From: a virus
Taxonomy: Duplodnaviria; Heunggongvirae; Uroviricota; Caudoviricetes
Virus record (IMG/VR): IMGVR_UViG_3300028603_000027
Coordinates: 1-64,000 of that record
DNA: 64,000 nt
Reading direction: 5' to 3' (one strand)
The notes under the pieces: model-generated
The model's database searches: none
Told to the model about the DNA's origin: nothing
What the model saw: the letters and a program-made list of their open reading frames with translations, nothing else
Position numbers and translations under genes: made by a program
Shown here: positions 57,596-64,000 of the stretch, one piece after another
Position numbering within the stretch: position 1 is the stretch's first letter
How the letters are laid out: each line of letters begins with the position of its first letter

Positions 57596-58010
57596 TCTCT
57601 TTAAACTTCTCCACGGCTACACCATATTTTCTCAAGTAGTCCAATCCCTCTGAGCATCTATATTCATGTTTAAAAATAAATTTTACTATCCCTGAATCTA
57701 CAATATCAATAGCACAAAATTTGCAGCAAGCATGCGTACAAAACAAGGTGGCTCCAACAGCAGTTTCATTAGATTTAATCAAACCCATCAACGCATTCTT
57801 TTCGCTATGCCTCACTTCAGGTCGTGTAACGTTGTTCTCATCTTCCAGCGGGCCATCAATGTGCTCTGGCAGCGCATTGTAGCCACAAGAAATTATCCTA
57901 TTGTTTTTAACTATCACGCTTCCCACTTGAAGTCTCTCCCCAACGGAGCATTGGGCAAAAGCTTCTGCACACTCCATGTATGCTTTTTTATGCTTTGTTT
58001 TCATACTCAT
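57585..58010 (-). CDS. dCMP deaminase
   Basis: HSEKNAL (H[AS]E) and a cysteine-rich stretch CTHACCKFCA (the expected second zinc-ligand region); 141 aa. Confidence 0.55.
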   Translation of the reverse strand: MSMKTKHKKAYMECAEAFAQCSVGERLQVGSVIVKNNRIISCGYNALPEHIDGPLEDENNVTRPEVRHSEKNALMGLIKSNETAVGATLFCTHACCKFCAIDIVDSGIVKFIFKHEYRCSEGLDYLRKYGVAVEKFKENDI

Positions 58011-58546
58011 CCTTCTAAATATCTTTGAAACCTGGATTGAACTTCATCATACCATAAGTTGTAAATTGGTATATTATTTTGTTGAGCTAATACAACGGCT
58101 GTCCTAGTCCCACCACTGATTTCTCCACTCTTTGTCTCCTTCGCCCAACATATTAAAAACTTGCTTGGAGTTTCTAAATCCTTTCCTAATACTTGATAAC
58201 AATTGCGTGTATGTAAAGCCTTGGCCCCATCTGAGAGTTTATCCCAAGCAGGGTGGACTTCACTTGCTAAAGCCTCTGCTTCGTGCCAGTTATCCCAAAA
58301 CTTAGGGAACAGTAAACTTTCCGTAGAATAAAGGTTATTAAAACCGTACCAAGGGAGATATATTTCAGGGGTAATATCTTCTGTTGTGCCTCCTTGAAAA
58401 GCTAAGTCAGCCCCATCAGCACCGCCTGACCTAAGAATCCAATTATCTTCGGATAGTTTTAAGGATATTTGTTTTACTATTCCGCATATATGTTCAGGTG
58501 TTTCTCTGCTTCCTACTCCGGTAAAATATTTCATTTGTTTCTCCAA
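58007..58546 (-). CDS. DprA/Smf-like SLOG-clan Rossmann-fold protein
   Basis: YFTGVGSRETPEHI...ILRSGGADGADLAFQGG matches the DprA/SLOG pattern tGSR...SGgAxGiD. Confidence 0.4.
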   Translation of the reverse strand: MEKQMKYFTGVGSRETPEHICGIVKQISLKLSEDNWILRSGGADGADLAFQGGTTEDITPEIYLPWYGFNNLYSTESLLFPKFWDNWHEAEALASEVHPAWDKLSDGAKALHTRNCYQVLGKDLETPSKFLICWAKETKSGEISGGTRTAVVLAQQNNIPIYNLWYDEVQSRFQRYLEG

Positions 58547-58602
58547 AAGAAAAAGGCACTAACAACCTAAGTTGAAAGTGCCTTATGATACTTCAATCTT
58601 TA

Positions 58603-58899
58603 CTAACGGGCAATAGCCTTTACAACTTGTTTCACCGTAAAAAACCCATTACCATAGATTTTGTCAGATAGGGCCGAAGCTGTCAGCCTACTTCTAGTTT
58701 TAAAATAAACGCCATTACCAAAAGCATCAATTATGTAATACTTACAAGGCGCTTTAAATTCATCCGAAAGTCTATCTTCTTCCGAAACAACCACCACCTT
58801 TTTCTTCAGGTCTTTGGGCGTTCCTTCTGGCAGATATTGCTCCATGTCTTCAAGCACTCTTTTTCCTTTGTCGTGTTGACAGTTGTTTCTCAGGAACAA
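58603..58899 (-). CDS. Hypothetical protein
   Basis: ORF only. Confidence 0.35.
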   Translation of the reverse strand: MFLRNNCQHDKGKRVLEDMEQYLPEGTPKDLKKKVVVVSEEDRLSDEFKAPCKYYIIDAFGNGVYFKTRSRLTASALSDKIYGNGFFTVKQVVKAIAR

Positions 58900-59503
58900 T
58901 AATTTCTTGGGACTCTTGTTTCTGTATGTACTCTTGACGCCGTTGTAGTCGTTCTACAATTTCATCGTCAAACATCCAGTATTCCATACTGTTTTCGATC
59001 ATGTCTTCAATTTCTTCTTCCGACATGAAACCTTCATACACTTCACCAATCAGTTTTCTTGCCCATTGGAATTTAAAATTACTTTGGTCACGTAAAGATT
59101 TTAAATCTCCCCAAGCTCCCCACGTTGCCGAATGGCACATCATTAGAGAATTCTTCATTACAATAACATCATCACAAGCAAGCGGAATAAATGTTCCTGC
59201 ACTGATTGCTGTTCCGTCAATAATTGCACGTGTACGAGCACTTGCACTCAAAATTCCATTATAGATTGGGAGCGTTGAAAACAAGTTGCCACCAATGGTA
59301 TTGATTCTGAATTCTACAACATCGTTTTCAGTTGCACGTTCTAACGTGTTAACTACATTTCGATACTTAGAAGGCTCTGTGATTTCTTCATCTAGAAAGA
59401 TGCGATAAATCTTTTGAACATTATTTTCACAATACACTTCCAAAGTATCTTTAATGCCGAAGTCTAACTCACATCCCTCATCAAACATTTTATTATTTGT
59501 CAT
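58850..59503 (-). CDS. ClpP-family serine protease (candidate prohead protease)
   Basis: IDGTAISAGTFIPLACDDVIVMKNSLMMCHSATWG resembles the ClpP/S14 active-site region. Confidence 0.55.
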   Translation of the reverse strand: MTNNKMFDEGCELDFGIKDTLEVYCENNVQKIYRIFLDEEITEPSKYRNVVNTLERATENDVVEFRINTIGGNLFSTLPIYNGILSASARTRAIIDGTAISAGTFIPLACDDVIVMKNSLMMCHSATWGAWGDLKSLRDQSNFKFQWARKLIGEVYEGFMSEEEIEDMIENSMEYWMFDDEIVERLQRRQEYIQKQESQEIIVPEKQLSTRQRKKSA

Positions 59504-60285
59504 TAAATCCCCTTATACTTCTTTTCAACTTGAGATACTGCACCTTCTGTTTCAAATATCTCTACGAATTTTCTTGTTAGTCCTGATCGTACAATATCCT
59601 CAAAGGAAAACTCTACTACCCCACAGCTAGGAATATCGTTGTTTTTAATTAGATCAGCTAAATAAACAATTCCACTTACGCCGGGGATGTCTTTCTGTTT
59701 ATCATCTCCGCAAAAAGCTAAATAAGCACCTTCTTCGGTTCTAGTAACTACACTTCTGATTTCCTCAGGCGTCATGTTTTGCGCTTCATCTACGAGTAAA
59801 TAAGTTTTAGGTTCAAAACTCATTCCACGAATAGATTCCATTGGTTGAATAACAATGGACTTCCCGAATTCAGATTCAAAACGCTGATTCCCAATTCGTT
59901 TCTTGATAGTATTAAGAATCGGTTGAACGTAAGGTTGAATCTTCTGCTCCATCGTTCCAGGCCAAAAGCCTGTTGATCTACCCATACCTACAATAGGGCG
60001 GGTGACAACAATTGTATCAACCTCACCACGCAGATATTTGTTTGCTGCCACTGATGCCGCCAAATAGGACTTACCAGTTCCTGCGCTACCCTTCCCCACT
60101 GTGAGGGTGTTTTTCTGCAAAGAATCTAGATATTTTTTTTGATTTTCATTCTTTGCTGTAATTGGTTTGATAAGACCTTCACGCTCTTCTATAAATTTCT
60201 CCTTTACTACCTTCACTGTTTTATTTGACCGTTTTTTACGTCCACGACGACCTACACCGTAATCTTCACAATCTTCGTACACCAT
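59503..60285 (-). CDS. phoH: PhoH-like ATPase
   Basis: Walker A VGKGSAGTGKSYLAASVA and a PhoH-type C-terminal region. Confidence 0.7.
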   Translation of the reverse strand: MVYEDCEDYGVGRRGRKKRSNKTVKVVKEKFIEEREGLIKPITAKNENQKKYLDSLQKNTLTVGKGSAGTGKSYLAASVAANKYLRGEVDTIVVTRPIVGMGRSTGFWPGTMEQKIQPYVQPILNTIKKRIGNQRFESEFGKSIVIQPMESIRGMSFEPKTYLLVDEAQNMTPEEIRSVVTRTEEGAYLAFCGDDKQKDIPGVSGIVYLADLIKNNDIPSCGVVEFSFEDIVRSGLTRKFVEIFETEGAVSQVEKKYKGI

Positions 60286-60829
60286 GCCTCCTTTAACAAC
60301 AAAAGAAAATAATCCCTTTCAAAATGTACTTTAGTCCATCCTTGTATAAATGTCAAGAGTTATGTGGCTAAACAACATATTGTTGCAAGTACGCCACGTT
60401 TGACAACATTGGATGTACATTAGTTGACATCCTAGCACAATTGTTGTAGAGTGGATGGTTCTGAGGGTTTTTGTTGTACCAATTGTTCTTGACTCAGAAG
60501 AATGAAAATTCTAGCGCAAAAGAAAAGCAAGGCGCAAACAGGGAAGTTGCCGAATGTACGCTGTACACGGTAGGAGCACTGTGCCAAGACTCTATCACGA
60601 GAGGAAGGCTCCTAGGAGATTGTGTGATAAATCAATCTCTGTCTCATATCTTAGGATATTTTGCCATGTGCGGCAAGCAGGATAGCTTCGGGGAGAATGC
60701 TTACTGTGAAGACTCAACTTGAGGGAGATTAGGGATATTAATATCAACCTAGCCCTCAAGGGGAAGTTATGTTCACAGAATTCAATCAAAGAGAATAGAC
60801 AATATAATATACTAATAAAGGAGTAGAGA

Positions 60830-61324
60830 ATGGAAGATATTCTCCCTGTTAAGGGATTTGAGGGATATTTCGTTTCAAAGGAAGGAAGAGTATTTTCTAA
60901 TAAGAAAGGTAAGTTAGAAGAAATGAAATACTATTTTGTTCCATCTTCTTCTGGTTTAACTTTCAAGTCTGTGATGTTATCTCGTAATTCTGTTGTCATG
61001 AGAAAATATGTCCATAGGCTTGTATATGAAACATTTTCAGGCAGAAACATAAAAGGAAAAAGACTTTTCTTTAAAAACTTTGATTGTTTAGATTGTTCAT
61101 TTTCAAATATTACAGAAGAGTTTCCTCCTTATGTTTTAGAAGAAGGTGAAGAGTGGGTGAAAGGTTTTGAAGGAAGGTATACGGTGTATAAAGGAGACGT
61201 ATATTCTGTATGGCAGAAAGATTTTCCGAAACGTCTAAAACCCTCATCTTATTTTAAGAATAAAAAATATACTCTGTATAATAAAGAGGGTGTCCCGTTT
61301 TCTTTTTATTTAAAAATCAAATAG
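60830..61324 (+). CDS. NUMOD4-motif homing-endonuclease-like protein
   Basis: ILPVKGFEGYFVSKEGRVFS and a second copy WVKGFEGRYTVYKGDVYSV match the NUMOD4 pattern. Confidence 0.45.
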   Translation: MEDILPVKGFEGYFVSKEGRVFSNKKGKLEEMKYYFVPSSSGLTFKSVMLSRNSVVMRKYVHRLVYETFSGRNIKGKRLFFKNFDCLDCSFSNITEEFPPYVLEEGEEWVKGFEGRYTVYKGDVYSVWQKDFPKRLKPSSYFKNKKYTLYNKEGVPFSFYLKIK

Positions 61325-61786
61325 GGTTGTAACTTATTTATAGTTAAAATATAATAACACTTATATTGAGGTGAAAGATGAAAGCTTTGATGAGTGATTT
61401 AACTAGAAAGATTTTGAATGACAAGGAAGCTTCAAAGCAACTTCAAGAGGCTTTTGAAAATAACTTTCAAGGGACAGTGTTCTTTGAAGGAAAAGAATAT
61501 AAAGTGGTGGTTGTTCCTAAAGCCTTATAAGGAAGGAAGGATAGATATGTATTACGAACAAGATTTCGGGTATGGCAAGGATAAACGTCCTAGCCCTTAA
61601 ACAAGTCTACGAAGCGTTTGCTTGCGTCTTGAGTCTTCTTCCGTGTAAACGTTGAAGAAGCAATTTACAGAAAGGAGAAGACGTTTTCCTGAAGACCTCG
61701 GATATGTGAAAGCTTAGTTAGATAGCCTCTTTATAGACGCTTCTAAAGTGCTCAAACGTCACAAACGGGGCAGAGATAATTTTATT

Positions 61787-61862
61787 GTTGGTATAGATTA
61801 ACGGATAGATCACAACCCTTTCAAGGTTGCGGCGTAGGGTTCAACTCCCACTACCAACTCCA
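61787..61862 (+). tRNA. tRNA-Glu (anticodon TTC) candidate with weak T-stem
   Basis: Acceptor gttggta/taccaac, D-stem gatt/gatc, anticodon stem caacc/ggttg with loop ctttcaa, T-loop ttcaact, encoded CCA. The T-stem has only 3 clean base pairs. Confidence 0.35.
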
Positions 61863-61909
61863 AACATTGCTTATGTTAGGCATAAGCTGAAGTCAACTTA
61901 GGCTTCTTT

Positions 61910-61983
61910 CTTTCTGTAGCGTAATGGTAGCGTACTTCGTTTGGGGCGAAGTGGTCGAGGTTCGAGTCCTCGTGGAAAGACCA
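61910..61983 (+). tRNA. tRNA-Pro (anticodon TGG)
   Basis: Anticodon stem cttcg/cgaag with loop tttgggg, T-arm cgagg-ttcgagt-cctcg, acceptor ctttctg/tggaaag (two G-U pairs), encoded CCA. Confidence 0.55.
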
Positions 61984-62055
61984 ATTTAGACCCGTAGAGC
62001 ATTGCAACTTTCCTCCTTTAATGTGGTGCTCCGGGCATATACTTGTATTCCGAAA

Positions 62056-62436
62056 GGAGAGAAAATGTCAGAAGAAAAAGAACTTCCCAAGACAGCTTGG
62101 AAAGCTGGTCAGACAGGGAATCCAAAAGGAAGACCCAAAGGCACTTCAAGGCCCATTAGTCGTCTACGTTCTACGCTGAATAAATTAAAAGAATTAGAAC
62201 CAGATGCGGTAGATATTATTGCTAGAGCCATAGAAGGAGACGGCACTTTAGATAAGTCTCAACTGGATACAGCTAAATGGGTGATTCAGAATATCAACAC
62301 ACTAACACGTGGGGCGATTGCTGAAGAAAGCTACAAACTGGATGTCAAAGATAGACAAGAAGAAGAAAGAGCTAATGGCACAACGGGTGTTAGACCAAAG
62401 CCACGTTTAAGCTTAAAGATTATTGACGAAGATTAA
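62056..62436 (+). CDS. Terminase small subunit-like protein
   Basis: AGQTGNPKGRPKGTS motif typical of phage small terminase/DUF5681 N-termini. Start MSEEKE after AAAGGAGAGAAA. Confidence 0.55.
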   Translation, partial: GEKMSEEKELPKTAWKAGQTGNPKGRPKGTSRPISRLRSTLNKLKELEPDAVDIIARAIEGDGTLDKSQLDTAKWVIQNINTLTRGAIAEESYKLDVKDRQEEERANGTTGVRPKPRLSLKIIDED

Positions 62437-62652
62437 GAATTTTCCTGGGCCGTTATAGTTACGGGAAAGAAACAAGGGGGCTGCTACCCTTTCTTGTTTC
62501 CGTATCATACGACGATATAGTATGTGTGGAGAGGGGGCAAATTCTTGTGTCCTATTTCTAACAGCAGGTAGGGTGGCTGTTAGTCAGATTAAAATTTATA
62601 AACGGGAGCTTAGGCTCCCTTTATTTTTCTTATAAGTATTAAAGGAGAAAAC

Positions 62653-62988
62653 ATGGAATTTAAAAAGGTAATTGTGTCTACTGTTAGCACTCGTAAGTTT
62701 GTTGAGGGTCTTCTATACCTTGGAAGCATTGGGGGTGTTCTTGAAGATAACTGTACAGTAATTAAGGGCTTGTATCTTAGAGCAGAAGTTATGGTTCCAG
62801 CAGATACACCAGTAGATGAGACACCAGAAATTAAAGTTGCTGCGGGTGTTCCTGTAAAGAAAGAAGAAAAGCCTGTTGCTAAAAAGACAACTGCAAGAAA
62901 AACTACAAACAAAAAGAAAGAAGACGCTGAAAAACAAACCGAAGAACAAGATGCTCCTGAGGCAGAGGGAGAAGTTAAGGAGGCTTAA
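62653..62988 (+). CDS. Hypothetical Lys/Glu-rich protein
   Basis: ORF only. Confidence 0.4.
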   Translation: MEFKKVIVSTVSTRKFVEGLLYLGSIGGVLEDNCTVIKGLYLRAEVMVPADTPVDETPEIKVAAGVPVKKEEKPVAKKTTARKTTNKKKEDAEKQTEEQDAPEAEGEVKEA

Positions 62989-64000
62989 TGTCTAAAAACC
63001 TTCCTGGCCCTTGCTCGGTACGCCAGTTAATGTATGTAGAGAGCGAGGCTGATGTCACGCTCTACGGGGGCGCAGCAGGTAGTGGTAAGTCGGAAATTGG
63101 AGTTATCGACTTTTTAAAATATACAGATATTCCAAACTTTATTGGAGTAATCACTAGAAGAACAACTCCACAATTGACTGGCCCTGGCGGGATGCTAACT
63201 AAATGTAAACGTGTGTTTGGTCAAGCGTATACTCCTGATGAGTATACGTGGAGAGCAAAAGACGGAAAGTTTGTGTTCCATAAATCAGGTGCTGAAATAT
63301 ATCTCAAACACTTCGAGAACGACCAAGCAGACGTTAATTGGCAAGGTTCCGAAGCTAACCTATTCTACGTAGACGAAGGCACTCAATTCACGCAACACAT
63401 GATTCAATACATCATGTCTCGTATGCGTAATCCTTCTTGCCCTGACGTAAAACCCCACCTAAAAATCACCTGTAACCCGGATGCCGACCATTTTCTCAGG
63501 AAGTGGGTGGAGCCTTATTTAAACGAAGACGGCACACCAAACAGGGAAAAGGATGGCTTGATACGTTACTTCACTTTCCAAGACGGTGATTTTATTTGGG
63601 GAGACAGTACAGAAGAGTTAGTTCAGAAGTATGGAGTAGATGCTGAAGACTGCTTGAGTTTCACTTTTATTTCTGCAACTGTCAAAGATAACCCTGTTAT
63701 GTCCAAAGTTAACCCCAAATATGTTAGTTGGTTGAGAGGGTTGAAGGGTGTTGAACGTGCAAGACTTCTCGAAGGTAACTGGTTTATTAGGGAAGAAGCT
63801 AGCAGCTATTTCAACAGAAATTGGGTTACAGAGATACACCATGTAGACGAAGAAGATGTCTGGTATACAGTGAGAGCATTTGACTTCGCTGGAACGTTAG
63901 TTTCAGATTTAAATCCATCCCCCGACTATACCACTTCAGTACGTATGCGGAAAATGAAGAATGGTGATTATGTTATTGATGATATAAGACGATGCCGTAT
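62988..64000 (+). CDS. Terminase large subunit (partial; continues beyond window)
   Basis: Walker A LYGGAAGSGKSE near the N-terminus. SD GGAGG upstream. ORF open to the window end. Confidence 0.75.
   Translation, partial: MSKNLPGPCSVRQLMYVESEADVTLYGGAAGSGKSEIGVIDFLKYTDIPNFIGVITRRTTPQLTGPGGMLTKCKRVFGQAYTPDEYTWRAKDGKFVFHKSGAEIYLKHFENDQADVNWQGSEANLFYVDEGTQFTQHMIQYIMSRMRNPSCPDVKPHLKITCNPDADHFLRKWVEPYLNEDGTPNREKDGLIRYFTFQDGDFIWGDSTEELVQKYGVDAEDCLSFTFISATVKDNPVMSKVNPKYVSWLRGLKGVERARLLEGNWFIREEASSYFNRNWVTEIHHVDEEDVWYTVRAFDFAGTLVSDLNPSPDYTTSVRMRKMKNGDYVIDDIRRCR

Noticed and set aside
60471-60722. 83-aa ORF in the 60.3-60.8 kb intergenic region
   Set aside because: Sits in a divergent promoter region with no SD and atypical composition. 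Probably noncoding.
1-64000. CRISPR arrays or integrase/attachment sites
   Set aside because: No regularly spaced identical direct repeats with unique spacers, and no tyrosine/serine recombinase motifs, were seen. The content is consistent with a virulent phage.

Overview
This window looks like part of a large virulent, tailed dsDNA phage genome with about 39% GC. Genes carry AGGAG-type Shine-Dalgarno sites and intergenic regions hold E. coli-like sigma70 TTGACA-17-TATAAT promoters. A SAR-type GH24 endolysin with overlapping i-/o-spanin genes points to a Gram-negative, probably proteobacterial host. Genes run on the + strand from 1 to 41974, on the - strand from 41999 to 60285, and on the + strand again from 60830 to the end. 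The most striking system is a complete diversity-generating retroelement (DGR). It has a target gene 3' end at 1-221 with variable repeat VR1 (118-201), an Avd-like gene (377-721), a template repeat (TR, 903-986) and a DGR reverse transcriptase with the IGNLTSQ signature (997-2079). Two further targets lie about 28 kb and 35 kb downstream: small C-type-lectin/DUF1566-like proteins whose VRs (29286-29369, 36016-36099) differ from the TR only at TR adenines. A Prs-like plus NAMPT-like two-gene cassette (5589-8106) resembles the phage NAD+ reconstitution pathway (NARP1, Adps/Namat) that counters NAD-depleting defence systems. A vWA protein that may be a Ro60/Rsr orthologue (13507-14892) sits beside a Y-RNA-like ncRNA that carries a permuted tRNA-like module (13242-13355). 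A tRNA-Arg/Gly/Leu cluster lies at 14968-15215 and one or two more tRNAs near 61.8-62.0 kb. The - strand block encodes an RNA-repair cassette: a T4-Pnk-like kinase, an Rnl-like ligase and a metallophosphoesterase. A replication module (T7-like primase-helicase, family A DNA polymerase, SSB-like protein, FEN, ligase), a nucleotide-metabolism module (ThyX, class I RNR, dCMP deaminase, thioredoxin, 5'-nucleotidase), three HNH-family homing-type endonucleases, PhoH, a ClpP-like protease and small and large terminase subunits are also present. A 33-41.4 kb region of many small promoter-led genes includes two paralogous wHTH proteins, a 14-bp palindrome present three times, and repeat-rich noncoding regions that look like operators or iterons.
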